Shown: one piece after another, positions 1-8,781 of the stretch
How positions within the stretch are numbered: the stretch's first letter is position 1
Layout of the letters: each line of letters starts with the position of its first letter
Origin: a virus
Taxonomy: Duplodnaviria > Caudoviricetes
Length of the DNA: 40,023 bases
Virus record (IMG/VR): IMGVR_UViG_3300028586_000771
Location: 1-40,023 of that record
Direction: 5' to 3' (one strand)
The notes under the pieces: model-generated
What the model saw: the letters and a program-made list of their open reading frames with translations, nothing else
Told to the model about the DNA's origin: nothing
The model's database searches: none
Position numbers and translations under genes: made by a program

Positions 1-124
1 ATGGAAAATTTACTAAACGGAAACGATTTACTAAACGCAGGTTACCTGCGTGGCAATATTTTAGGCACGGCTTTAAAGATAGCCAACTCTCATTTTACTA
101 ACCAACCTAAAGAAGATGTGATAG
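1..124 (+). pseudogene. rtcB: 5' fragment of interrupted rtcB (N-terminal ~41 codons)
   Basis: ATG at 1 reads MENLLNGNDLLNAGYLRGNILGTALKIANSHFTNQPKEDVI, then runs into phage DNA and stops at 127-129. It joins in frame to 38723 onward (…EDVI-ALFKKVKDYPESFLNDEVLV…). Confidence 0.88.
121..124 (+). repeat. Left target-site duplication ATAG
   Basis: ATAG at 121-124 is repeated at 38719-38722. Deleting one copy plus the intervening DNA restores the rtcB frame. Confidence 0.8.
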
Positions 125-194
125 TATAATCGCAAAATCCAATGTTCCTAAAATTTAAAACCAAATTTCCTTTTTTCAGTCAAATATAATAGAA

Positions 195-222
195 TTTAAA
201 CACTCTTTAAACGATATTTAAA
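195..222. repeat. Three phased TTTAAA motifs (11-bp period) near the left end
   Basis: TTTAAAC at 195, 206 and 217; a similar triplet lies at 38438, 38450 and 38461 near the right end. Confidence 0.5.
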
Positions 223-265
223 CGCCAGTAAAAAAATACTTTAAAGTGCTAATTTACTGGCGTTT
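220..265. terminator. Inverted repeat / probable terminator downstream of mom
   Basis: AAACGCCAGTAAA (220-232) and TTTACTGGCGTTT (253-265) form a perfect 13-bp inverted repeat 50 bp past the mom stop. Confidence 0.55.
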
Positions 266-315
266 TCTTCTTTAACTGTTTGGCTGTATCATTGCTTTTG
301 ACTATCTTTACAACA

Positions 316-1053
316 CTATAAGTCCGTTATAAACTTTATAAGACGTTCTTTAATCAAAGCTTTGTTTTTATCCATCGTTATAGCCATAGAGCCTTTTTTA
401 TATGGCGGATAAGGCTTTTGTTGAAACTTACTTTTAAATCGCTTACAAAGCGGGAAAATGTACCTGTAGGTGTCAACCTTAAAGAATTCCAAATCTCCTA
501 ATATGTATGCGACGTTATTACGTATATATATGCTTTTACTGTCCATCCTTGTGGTGTTCATCTGATGGTTTATTTCGCCGGTGCGCTTATTACGGGCAAA
601 TACCGTCTCATGGCTACCATAGTATTGAAAGTTGGATGCCTTATAGATCGTCCCGCATCCTAAACGACCATCAGCGAAGGATTGCACAGCGACTATATTT
701 TTATCAAGCTTTGGCAATTGCTTAAGGGAATGCGCGATTAGTAAGCTTTCAGCATTTTTACCTAACTCATCACTTATCCACATCCGATTAAGTTCTAATA
801 TTATGGCCTCAGGATTGGGGTGTGTAAATAGCCTTGCTTTAGGGTGCATCGTGTAGCCATATACAGCCACGCCAATGCAGTTATCTGTGCCAGGTCTATA
901 AAACCCGAAATTGTATAGGCCAAAACCTGCATTATTCCATTTGTTGCTGTAATGATTTTTTATAATTAGCTCGCGGGCCACTTCTTTAGGCACTTGCCTA
1001 ATTTCTAATTCTCCTAAATTTTTTGTTGTTAATCTTAACGTTTTAAATTCCAT
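316..1053 (-). CDS. mom: Mom-family adenine-modification protein (GNAT fold)
   Basis: Motifs IIKNHYS, IGVAVYG, ILELNRMW, NAESLLI, VQSFAD and GTIYKASNF are typical of Mom; terminal position as in Mu. ATG at 1053 is preferred; an in-frame GTG at 1128 is possible. Confidence 0.85.
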   Translation of the reverse strand: MEFKTLRLTTKNLGELEIRQVPKEVARELIIKNHYSNKWNNAGFGLYNFGFYRPGTDNCIGVAVYGYTMHPKARLFTHPNPEAIILELNRMWISDELGKNAESLLIAHSLKQLPKLDKNIVAVQSFADGRLGCGTIYKASNFQYYGSHETVFARNKRTGEINHQMNTTRMDSKSIYIRNNVAYILGDLEFFKVDTYRYIFPLCKRFKSKFQQKPYPPYKKGSMAITMDKNKALIKERLIKFITDL

Positions 1054-1082
1054 TCGTATTTTGATTGATGATTGATGATGAT

Positions 1083-1090
1083 TATCTTTG
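1083..1090 (+). promoter_or_regulatory. Bacteroidota -7 promoter element TATCTTTG (antisense to mom leader)
   Basis: Matches TAnnTTTG and lies immediately before a long hairpin. Confidence 0.5.
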
Positions 1091-1094
1091 CAGC

Positions 1095-1219
1095 TCTCAC
1101 AGGTAATTTTATAACGCGACAAAGCCACAACCAGAAGACTTTTTGTCCTCCGACTGTGGCTTTGCTGCTAAATTTAAAATTACCGTGAGAAGTTTTTTAA
1201 ATGTCGGGGGGCTTTTTTT
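1095..1219 (+). ncRNA. Candidate structured RNA in the mom leader
   Basis: 1095-1111 pairs with 1175-1190 (one bulge); 1120-1129 pairs with 1155-1164; 1145-1154 can pair with 1203-1212, which is followed by T7. Confidence 0.5.
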
Positions 1220-1661
1220 ATTTCTTGCCCCCTAAGAGTTTCTTAATGACCGCTTTTAATGCAGGAATGCCGCCCCAAATTTGAAACGCTACCGCAAACG
1301 CTACTACCGCCACTACTAACATTGGAACGTTCCACGCTTTAAGAGTAAATAAAAGCCATACAGGAACGATTGCAACATAAGCGGTAATACCACCTAATGC
1401 TGTTGAGATTTCCTCACAGTTGCTTTTAAATGCGGTTTCTGCTCCGTCTCCCTGACTTGCATTGCGCAAACCCGCAATAACCAGGCACACTATAGTTGCT
1501 ATTAAAAATAGAACAAAATACTTTTGCCCTGCCGGTTTCGCTGTGCTGTCAATCATTGCAGCCGAAAATACTGTTATTGCTCCTCCAAATAATGCGTTGC
1601 CGTGAAAACGCTGTTGTAAAAAGTTAGCTTTGATGTAAGCCAGTTTTGTTTTTAATCCCAT
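1218..1661 (-). CDS. Hypothetical multi-pass membrane protein
   Basis: 147 aa, about four hydrophobic segments, basic C-terminus, end of the tail operon. Confidence 0.7.
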   Translation of the reverse strand: MGLKTKLAYIKANFLQQRFHGNALFGGAITVFSAAMIDSTAKPAGQKYFVLFLIATIVCLVIAGLRNASQGDGAETAFKSNCEEISTALGGITAYVAIVPVWLLFTLKAWNVPMLVVAVVAFAVAFQIWGGIPALKAVIKKLLGGKK

Positions 1662-1698
1662 TGTGTTGATTTAATTATTATTTATTTTGAGTTACTGG

Positions 1699-1890
1699 TT
1701 ATCGCCGTTTCTTAACGGTCTTTATTACACTCCCTTTAGACATCATCACTATGCTTAACCCCTTAAAGCCTACAGCGCGTTCTATATACTGCCGCCTGTT
1801 AGTCATAATCGAAATTGACTTAAAGCCCTTTACAACCTCTAAAGGTTCTTTTGGCTTAAGCCTTAATGATAAGCCGCTAAATCCTGCCAT
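1699..1890 (-). CDS. Small basic hypothetical protein with three GF(x)xxS[LI] repeats
   Basis: 63 aa; its ATG overlaps the upstream stop; repeats GFSGLSL / GFKSISI / GFKGLSI. Confidence 0.6.
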   Translation of the reverse strand: MAGFSGLSLRLKPKEPLEVVKGFKSISIMTNRRQYIERAVGFKGLSIVMMSKGSVIKTVKKRR

Positions 1891-3206
1891 TATAAATAGT
1901 TGTTTCGTAGTGTAATCCTAAATTGCAGCCATATAGCATTAACCGGGTTAGTGGTTGCGGGGTTATAGCCAACCGCCCCGTTACTTTTGCCTACATTGTC
2001 CACGCGGGGTGCGGTGTTGTATGTAAATACACCCCAATTACCCACAGGGAGCAAATTGCCATTTGTCCAGTCGGCGGCGGTTATTGGTTGCGTTTCGTTC
2101 AGCGTCCATCGCATTTCGTAGGTAAGGCGGTCAGGGCTTCCCATACCTGTAGCATCATTGCCGGCATAAGGGTTGCTATCCGGAACGTTAAGGTTACTGG
2201 TAGAACCACCCGCTGTGCTTTTATTAAAGTTTAGCGCACCGTTGTATATTATAGCTTCAATCTCGCTTGCATTAGCCCCTGTCCTGATAGGTGCAGAAAC
2301 TATTGAACCAACGGTTACGTTTGGCGAAAGCACAATATCGTTACCACTCATTTCCACACCAGTCCATACAGAACCATTACCAATTAGCCATTCCGCATCA
2401 TTAACGGTCGTTGACCGTGCGGTTTGTGTGCCGCCAATGTTTGTACCATCTACACGAATATGCGGGCTATCAAACTGTAGGGTAAAGTCCTTTTTTTCAA
2501 CGTTGTTAAACTTAGGGGTAAGGTTAAAGGAGTTTACATTAAGTGTAGGGTTAGATACCCTGTGTGCCGCTAAATTTTGGTAATTAGTGTCTCCTATGGC
2601 AATAGTACCCATAAGGTTATTATTATCGCAGTTTGCAGGTACTATGTTTACAGTTGTCCTTATTGTAGTAACACCATTAGCATAACAAGAGGTAAGTGTT
2701 CTCACGTCACGCACATTGCAATTAATAAATATGCACTCTGTAAAGCTGTAAGTTCCCACGTTAGTACCCTCCCAATTACAATTAATAAATATGCATTTAT
2801 TAAAGTTGCCATATTTACCCGCCCCAAAAGCTGTAATACCCTCAAACGTACAATTTTGAATAAGTCGCGCGAAAGTGTTTACAAAGCTGCTTACACTTCG
2901 CAGGCCTTTAAAGTTAATCCCGGACAACACAAAAGAAGCACTTGCCGGTGCTAATGCCCAATCCATTGTACTATCACCATAAACTGATACAATGCCATCT
3001 GCAACAATACCGGTAATAGAACTACTACCTCCAGTCGAAACACTTTCCGAATAGGCGCCTGAACCTACGACCAATAACCCTGCAAGGTTAAGCGCAACCG
3101 CACTGCTAATGCTGCCCTTAGGTGTATCTTTTGTAGTTCCGTTGTTGCTGTCGCTACCTGCCTTGCTTGTATAGGCACTACCGGTTATTAAAAAGTTATT
3201 CGGCAT
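1890..3206 (-). CDS. Putative tail spike / receptor-binding protein with beta-helix-like region
   Basis: GSDSNNGTTKDTP motif, repeated CIFINC/NCTF units, DFTLQFDSP…NIGG end motif, distal tail position. Start at 3206 (MPNN) preferred over 3245. Confidence 0.6.
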   Translation of the reverse strand: MPNNFLITGSAYTSKAGSDSNNGTTKDTPKGSISSAVALNLAGLLVVGSGAYSESVSTGGSSSITGIVADGIVSVYGDSTMDWALAPASASFVLSGINFKGLRSVSSFVNTFARLIQNCTFEGITAFGAGKYGNFNKCIFINCNWEGTNVGTYSFTECIFINCNVRDVRTLTSCYANGVTTIRTTVNIVPANCDNNNLMGTIAIGDTNYQNLAAHRVSNPTLNVNSFNLTPKFNNVEKKDFTLQFDSPHIRVDGTNIGGTQTARSTTVNDAEWLIGNGSVWTGVEMSGNDIVLSPNVTVGSIVSAPIRTGANASEIEAIIYNGALNFNKSTAGGSTSNLNVPDSNPYAGNDATGMGSPDRLTYEMRWTLNETQPITAADWTNGNLLPVGNWGVFTYNTAPRVDNVGKSNGAVGYNPATTNPVNAIWLQFRITLRNNYL

Positions 3207-3468
3207 ATACTGTATAGAATTTGTTTTTAATGCCACCCCAATCATTACTGTTAGGACTGGAACTATAATTTATATTTACTTTAAGTGTGGCCATTGGCAA
3301 AGGGTAAATACCCCAAACCATGCGGGAGAAAGAACCGTCGCCACATCGTTCGGTTTCTTTATTCAAAGGCGAGTTTTGCAATGCCGCATTTATTAATTCT
3401 TGCGCTTCGGGGGTTTGTTCATAATCCTGTTTTTGGGTGTCCCAAAAAACACCTGGTGCAATTTCCAT
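3196..3468 (-). CDS. Hypothetical tail-region protein
   Basis: 90-aa ORF tightly packed in the tail operon. Confidence 0.6.
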   Translation of the reverse strand: MEIAPGVFWDTQKQDYEQTPEAQELINAALQNSPLNKETERCGDGSFSRMVWGIYPLPMATLKVNINYSSSPNSNDWGGIKNKFYTVYAE

Positions 3469-3470
3469 AG

Positions 3471-3881
3471 TTATACGGTTAAGTTTAGCCCTGCACCTAC
3501 AATGCCGGGCAAATAGGTTATTCTAAAAAAGTTCCAGCCTATGGGCAACGATAGTGGGGCTGCTAAGGGTAAAGCAACCGGTGTATAAGTTTGCCCCCCA
3601 TTTGTAGACAATGCTAAAGAGGCAACACCTATTGCCTGTATAGATGTAACTATTGTAATAGCTGCAAAGTAGTCCCTAAAAATATTTCGGGGTGTCTCAA
3701 AGGTGTAGGTTATAAGCTCTCCCTTATCTAAGATGTTTACTGCAGTAATGAGTTCATTAACTTTAGCAGGTATTGCGTTAAACTCTGCTGCTGTCAATTT
3801 CTCATTTGTAGGCAAATTAGCTGTAGCAGCTATTTTATCGGCGTTATCCACTTTAATGCCTATATCTAAGGGGTCTATCAT
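3471..3881 (-). CDS. Hypothetical tail-associated protein
   Basis: 136-aa ORF overlapping its neighbour; LTAAEFN motif seen in tail fibre N-termini. Confidence 0.6.
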   Translation of the reverse strand: MIDPLDIGIKVDNADKIAATANLPTNEKLTAAEFNAIPAKVNELITAVNILDKGELITYTFETPRNIFRDYFAAITIVTSIQAIGVASLALSTNGGQTYTPVALPLAAPLSLPIGWNFFRITYLPGIVGAGLNLTV

Positions 3882-4321
3882 GGCGTTGTCAGTTCTTTAA
3901 GTTTAGTGTAGTAAGCGGTTATAAATTCAGTCCTTGCCGCCTCAGATATTTGCGTTACACCGGTTGTACTTCTAACAGCATAGTCGCCTGGTGTGCGTTC
4001 CATAATCGCATAGTATTTTCTTGCAGTCAAAAACATTGGGTAAGTGGCACCTTTGTATAAAAATGTTGCCGTTGCCAGTTGTTCCGATTTATTTTTATAA
4101 ATGCGTAAGGCGTTTTCTAAATTGTACTGTGCCTCAAAATCCGCCATCTCAGTTGGAGTACGGTTTTCTAATTGGCCATCAACTATTTTTACAGGGAACA
4201 CCCCAAACTTCACTTGTGGCAGGTTAGCTTCGGATAATACAAGCGCACCCTCTTTAAGGTCGGTTGTTTGCCAATAAATGAATGGTTTATTATCCATTGA
4301 CGTTGCGATGTAATTACTCAT
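3878..4321 (-). CDS. Hypothetical protein (possible tail fibre assembly)
   Basis: 147 aa, ATGA overlaps, directly after the tail fibre gene. Confidence 0.6.
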   Translation of the reverse strand: MSNYIATSMDNKPFIYWQTTDLKEGALVLSEANLPQVKFGVFPVKIVDGQLENRTPTEMADFEAQYNLENALRIYKNKSEQLATATFLYKGATYPMFLTARKYYAIMERTPGDYAVRSTTGVTQISEAARTEFITAYYTKLKELTTP

Positions 4322-5097
4322 AAAGTTTTTGGTATTAGTAAATAGTTTACATACAAATCCTGTGCAGAGTTACCAATTTGATACAGTTGAAGTTTAAACC
4401 CCGTAGATGTGTAACTATGGGTGGTATAGGTAATATTCTGCGTTGCACCCGCCGTGCCAGCCGAACCACTTTCAAATGTGATTAACGGAAAGTAAAGACT
4501 TGTGCCGATCGTAGGAAAGCTGATCGTATACGAGCCAGTTCCTCCAACATCTCCTATATAAAGCCTGCCGGGCTGCCTCAATGCCTGCAACAAAAAATTA
4601 GGCTTATTTAAAATTTCATTGGCCGCACCTGGTACAGCGAGCCAGTTGGGTTTAACATTTATAATGTTATCAGGCAAAGAAAACTGGCTTAACTCTAAAA
4701 TTGTTTTAAGCCTGGTAAGGTTTGAGAATGGGAATACTATAGAACCTCCTGTACCAAACCTCATGTACCTGTTTTTAATAACTGGCAGCACATCGTTTAC
4801 ACCGTCGTCGTTGCTGTCATTGTCATACTCTGCGGTAATGTTTTCCTCAACAATACTTACCCATTCGTTGTACACACCACCAATAAACGGCAGCACTTCG
4901 GTATTATAGGCCACAAAACCCGGCGAATAATTTTGAGACGGGAGTATTAACTTAACGCCACATACAATGGTTTGCTTGCCTGCAAGCCCTGCCACAGCTT
5001 CAAAAATATCGTCAAGCGCGCCCTGAACGGTGCGCCATGTATCATTTGTACCCGGATAACCCGACTCAAGGACAGTTAATTGTTTATCTGCACCCAT
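4318..5097 (-). CDS. Putative tail fibre / baseplate-attached protein
   Basis: Follows the wedge genes; N-terminal IVCGV…PGFVAYNTEVLPFIGG, NWL…ILNKP repeat unit, C-terminal beta domain. Confidence 0.6.
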   Translation of the reverse strand: MGADKQLTVLESGYPGTNDTWRTVQGALDDIFEAVAGLAGKQTIVCGVKLILPSQNYSPGFVAYNTEVLPFIGGVYNEWVSIVEENITAEYDNDSNDDGVNDVLPVIKNRYMRFGTGGSIVFPFSNLTRLKTILELSQFSLPDNIINVKPNWLAVPGAANEILNKPNFLLQALRQPGRLYIGDVGGTGSYTISFPTIGTSLYFPLITFESGSAGTAGATQNITYTTHSYTSTGFKLQLYQIGNSAQDLYVNYLLIPKTL

Positions 5098-5588
5098 AGA
5101 ATGTTGTAATTTTTAGAATATAAATTGTAATAATCAACTTGCCCGCGCATCTGCGTTATAAAGGCAGTTTCCCTTGTTAGGCTTGTTGGCCTTAATGATG
5201 GTGGCACACAAATGCTGTAGTCTACATCATCGCCCACAAATTCGGAGGTCTCATTAAAGTAGACCGGTGGTGCAGGCTCGTAAAAATCGACCTCTCTGTT
5301 TTCAGGTGGCTCATAGAAGTAAACAGGCTTTTTAAATACCTTATTAGCTATTCGTATACGCCGCAAAGCAGGGTCGAACAAATCGTTTAACATAGCTTCC
5401 ATGTAAACTATCTGCGAATTGTGGCGCACTTTGTATAGGCTGTCAATCCTAAACCGGACAAAATCGCCATGTAACAACACTACAATACGTAGCAATGCTT
5501 TTACTAAAATGCGGTTAACTGTTTTTCTAAAACTGGTCAAAAGCATATTGTCTGCAAAGACGTTCCAGTCAACTGTAAATACATTCAT
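5076..5588 (-). CDS. Baseplate wedge protein (Mu gp48/P2 gpI-like position)
   Basis: HNSQIVYMEAMLNDLFD…RIRI motif directly after the baseplate J-like gene. Confidence 0.6.
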   Translation of the reverse strand: MNVFTVDWNVFADNMLLTSFRKTVNRILVKALLRIVVLLHGDFVRFRIDSLYKVRHNSQIVYMEAMLNDLFDPALRRIRIANKVFKKPVYFYEPPENREVDFYEPAPPVYFNETSEFVGDDVDYSICVPPSLRPTSLTRETAFITQMRGQVDYYNLYSKNYNILWVQINN

Positions 5589-5590
5589 TA

Positions 5591-6478
5591 TTACACAATC
5601 CAGTTTAGTTGTAAATCATCAATTTCGAGGTAGCCACCATCTGCCGTCCTATAGACACTAAATGCACCAACATTAGGAATGCCGGTCGTCTCATAACTGT
5701 AATCGCCGTACTTACTTGCGGCCATTGTAGTTTCTGCCTCAACAATGCCCTCAATCTTTGTCAGGTCGCGCTCTAATTCCTTAATATTTAGTGTGCCGTT
5801 AAACTCTATACTTTGCAGGATTTGTTTTATAGCGTTCTGCACGGGTGTATTATTTGTGCCGTCCAGTCGCTGCCCCTGCGGGTTTAGAATAAGGGGGTTG
5901 TAATAAACGTCAAGGTGCAGCCTTAATTTATCAGCTATTGCAGTGGTAACAATAACCTGTGTACCTGCGTCCACAACCTTTCGGTCTATATAATATTTCA
6001 GGGCTTCAAAGGCTTGTAAAGGCACAGGCTGTAAAGTTCCATCAGCGGCAGCAGTAGCCACTTTAATGCGTAATAAACCATAACCGTTGGTTATCACTCT
6101 TACAGCTGCGGCCTGTTTAATAACTTTTGCGGCTTCTATTGCCTCATCAGTCATACCTGTAGTATCAAATACATCAGTATCGGTTATCAACGGCACTCCG
6201 AACATAAAGCCTAACGTTTTACGCTGATACCAGGCTTGCGTGTGCGGTTGCTGTTTTGCCATTTCTGCTTGTATTTCAGCACGGAAAATATCCCATAGGT
6301 TTTCAAGTGTCCACATAGCATTACTTACTACGTCAAAAAGATTGTTCTCTAAACTTAAAAGTGAAAACTGCTGTAAGAACGTGAGGCCAATTTGCAGGCC
6401 GTATTTTGCAATAACCGTCGGGTTAGTGATAAAGGGCCTCGTTAATATGTCTTTAATTTCTTGTTGAGATCGTGCCAT
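5591..6478 (-). CDS. Baseplate J-like wedge protein
   Basis: 295 aa; MARS…, LRIKVA, DAGTQVIV and IEFNG motifs; gene order. Confidence 0.7.
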   Translation of the reverse strand: MARSQQEIKDILTRPFITNPTVIAKYGLQIGLTFLQQFSLLSLENNLFDVVSNAMWTLENLWDIFRAEIQAEMAKQQPHTQAWYQRKTLGFMFGVPLITDTDVFDTTGMTDEAIEAAKVIKQAAAVRVITNGYGLLRIKVATAAADGTLQPVPLQAFEALKYYIDRKVVDAGTQVIVTTAIADKLRLHLDVYYNPLILNPQGQRLDGTNNTPVQNAIKQILQSIEFNGTLNIKELERDLTKIEGIVEAETTMAASKYGDYSYETTGIPNVGAFSVYRTADGGYLEIDDLQLNWIV

Positions 6479-6480
6479 AG

Positions 6481-6762
6481 TTATAAGAAAGGGAATGTAC
6501 CTGGGAATCCGTAGCTAACGTTGTCGTTTGGTGCATCAGTTGCTGTAAATAGTGTTGCCGGTGCCTTACCGTTTCCAAAAAGGTCTGTTATTGATTTTTT
6601 GACCTTTCCGGCAATAATATATGCCGCGCCAATTTCAGGCGTATGTGTGATGCTCACATTATTAGCTAAAGCCATTTCAAAAAGGTTTCCTATGTCGCCC
6701 GTCGCCTCATTTACTATATCCATGAAGCTTTGTCCCTGTTTAGCTATTATAGTGAGCATCAA
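6481..6762 (-). CDS. Small LysM/gpX-like baseplate protein
   Basis: KQGQSFMDI…FEMALANNVSIT pattern; gene order. Confidence 0.6.
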   Translation of the reverse strand: MMLTIIAKQGQSFMDIVNEATGDIGNLFEMALANNVSITHTPEIGAAYIIAGKVKKSITDLFGNGKAPATLFTATDAPNDNVSYGFPGTFPFL

Positions 6763-7084
6763 TTATTATAGGTTTATTTGGGTATAAGTCCAGTTGTTTT
6801 GTAATCAGGCCATCTTTTAAAAAGTGTTCTCTTGTCCGGTGCCTGTACTCAAGGTAATTTTCTGCAAGCAATAAATCTTCAAAACCTACTCCTATATCAA
6901 TTCGGCTCTTAACGTCGCCCTGGTGGCTCATAAGAATGAGTGCCTTGTTTTGTTGCAACGTGTTACCTACAACTATACCCTGAATGATCTTACCTGAGGC
7001 ATCGCGCCTAACATCAATTTTCAAATCCAGTATTTCGCCATCTTCGTTGCTGTCTATAAGTTGTATGCCTGTATCTTTTCCCAT
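6740..7084 (-). CDS. Baseplate protein, gp46/gp25-like (sheath initiator)
   Basis: 114 aa; GNTLQQN…LILMSHQG…IGVG pattern; gene order. Confidence 0.6.
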   Translation of the reverse strand: MGKDTGIQLIDSNEDGEILDLKIDVRRDASGKIIQGIVVGNTLQQNKALILMSHQGDVKSRIDIGVGFEDLLLAENYLEYRHRTREHFLKDGLITKQLDLYPNKPIIIDAHYNS

Positions 7085-7293
7085 TATTGTAAGTTTCCTG
7101 TAAAAATCCCTGTTACTGGCCCGTTAGGAGCTGCAAGGCCATTAACATAATTTATGCTTGCCGATTTTACAAAGCGCTCAATAGCCACGCTTAATCTTTC
7201 TGCAAACTCATCATCGCTAACCTCTGTCCGGGTGCGCATGTCGGTGGCAATAGTTTTTATATCCTCTTTAAGCTGTTCGGTATTTAATGCCAT
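7084..7293 (-). CDS. Hypothetical baseplate-region protein
   Basis: 69-aa ORF translationally coupled to its neighbour. Confidence 0.6.
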   Translation of the reverse strand: MALNTEQLKEDIKTIATDMRTRTEVSDDEFAERLSVAIERFVKSASINYVNGLAAPNGPVTGIFTGNLQ

Positions 7294-7299
7294 TTAAAT

Positions 7300-7803
7300 C
7301 TATTTTAAAAGCTGATTAAATTTAACTTCCCATTGTTGCAGGGCATCTATGGTGTTAGGCAGTGGTACGCCGCTTGGCCCCATTGGTGTAGATACCGTTA
7401 GCTGTTTTAGCAGTACTGCCAAATCGTTCATTATATCTACAAGGCTTGCATCGTTATTTTTAATCATCACTTTGCTATCTGCACTGTCGATCAGTATAAT
7501 TAAGCCACCCTGAGACAGTTCCATGCTTTGTGCCTGATCGGCTTTTATGATAGTTAAGTCGTCAAGGGTACCATTGCCTGAAAGCATTAGCACATCACTC
7601 CCTATTTTTGGCGTTATTAGTAAATAGTCTGCCGTGTCAGATATAGCAGCCTTAAGGCGAACGTTACTAACTATAAGTCCGGTTACAAGTTTTACGCTGC
7701 ACGTTTGCCCCTCAATACTTTCTACAACCCCACGAACCGGGTAATTAGCATCAGCATCAACAATGCTTTTTATTAAGGCCTTAATCTGAGCTGCTTTATC
7801 CAT
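7300..7803 (-). CDS. Baseplate spike protein (gp45/gpV-like)
   Basis: N-terminal OB-like TCSVK…NVRL…TPKIGSDV; C-terminal TPMGPSGVP. Confidence 0.65.
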   Translation of the reverse strand: MDKAAQIKALIKSIVDADANYPVRGVVESIEGQTCSVKLVTGLIVSNVRLKAAISDTADYLLITPKIGSDVLMLSGNGTLDDLTIIKADQAQSMELSQGGLIILIDSADSKVMIKNNDASLVDIMNDLAVLLKQLTVSTPMGPSGVPLPNTIDALQQWEVKFNQLLK

Positions 7804-8779
7804 TTCCTACTTTTATTCCTATAGTTACAGTACGTTTGCCGCCACCTGAGCTAAACGTTGTGGTCACAGCCACAACATAATACCTGCCATTTTTAAACTC
7901 GTAATCCAGGTCTATAAGTTCAACCGTGTATGTTGGGCGCACAATAGGGATTAACCAACTATCAAAAGTGCCATCGTAACCATCGTAGTTACTTTTTACA
8001 AGTGCAGCCTGCGCAATTTTGCGCATATCGGCATCACTCATAGGCCCCACATTTAGGGTTATCCGGTCGCCCCCTGTAACACCCGCTACAACTTCTTTAA
8101 CTTTGCCATCAAGTGAAGTGCTTTTTATATGCACCTCCACTTTTTTATCAATTGCCCTTTTATAATTTAGGGACGAACTTTCTATATTATGATGAAACGA
8201 AAATTTCGCTTCGCCACCCTTTTCAACGTACGGGGGGTGTATATGGAGTGTCTTTGTTGCCGTATCAAAATAGATATTACCTTTTGTTTCCTCCTGTAAC
8301 TTTCTCAATACATCATAAGCTGTTGCCTGATGTATGGTAAACTTTTCGTAATTAATGTCATAATCACAGCTCACTTTGTAAGATGGGTCTACCTGGTTAA
8401 CCAATAGCTGCGCTATCCTTTTTACACTTGTTGGCTTTAGCTCTACATCTTTAACCGATTTTCTGAATAAGAAAAGCGCATCTTCACAAAGTATTTTAAG
8501 CGTGTTATCGTTAGTAGTGATATTCTCGACAAAACCGGTAAACTCAGTTTCAAGGTTGCCATCATAGCCCAGTTTTATTACTACACTGCTGCCTCGCTTT
8601 ATCTTGCTTTCAATGTCTTTTAAAATAACCTCGTTAAAAACCGCCTCAGGCAGTATTATTGTAGCTGTGTCGGCAAGATTATCAACACTGCATACAATAG
8701 AGCATTCAGCCATTGTGAGTAAATAATGATCTTCGCCATTTGTAGTAAACTTCACTTCCCAATCCATCTCAAAAAACAT
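7796..8779 (-). CDS. Baseplate hub protein (Mu gp44 / late control D-like)
   Basis: LADTATIILP, IKLGYDG…EFTGFV, YDVLRKL and GRYYVVAVTTTFS motifs. Confidence 0.75.
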   Translation of the reverse strand: MFFEMDWEVKFTTNGEDHYLLTMAECSIVCSVDNLADTATIILPEAVFNEVILKDIESKIKRGSSVVIKLGYDGNLETEFTGFVENITTNDNTLKILCEDALFLFRKSVKDVELKPTSVKRIAQLLVNQVDPSYKVSCDYDINYEKFTIHQATAYDVLRKLQEETKGNIYFDTATKTLHIHPPYVEKGGEAKFSFHHNIESSSLNYKRAIDKKVEVHIKSTSLDGKVKEVVAGVTGGDRITLNVGPMSDADMRKIAQAALVKSNYDGYDGTFDSWLIPIVRPTYTVELIDLDYEFKNGRYYVVAVTTTFSSGGGKRTVTIGIKVGNG

Positions 8780-8781
8780 AA

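Noticed and set aside
8-38. Repeat ATTTACTAAACG at the start of rtcB
   Set aside because: Simply encodes the repeated LLN peptide; not a boundary or regulatory repeat.
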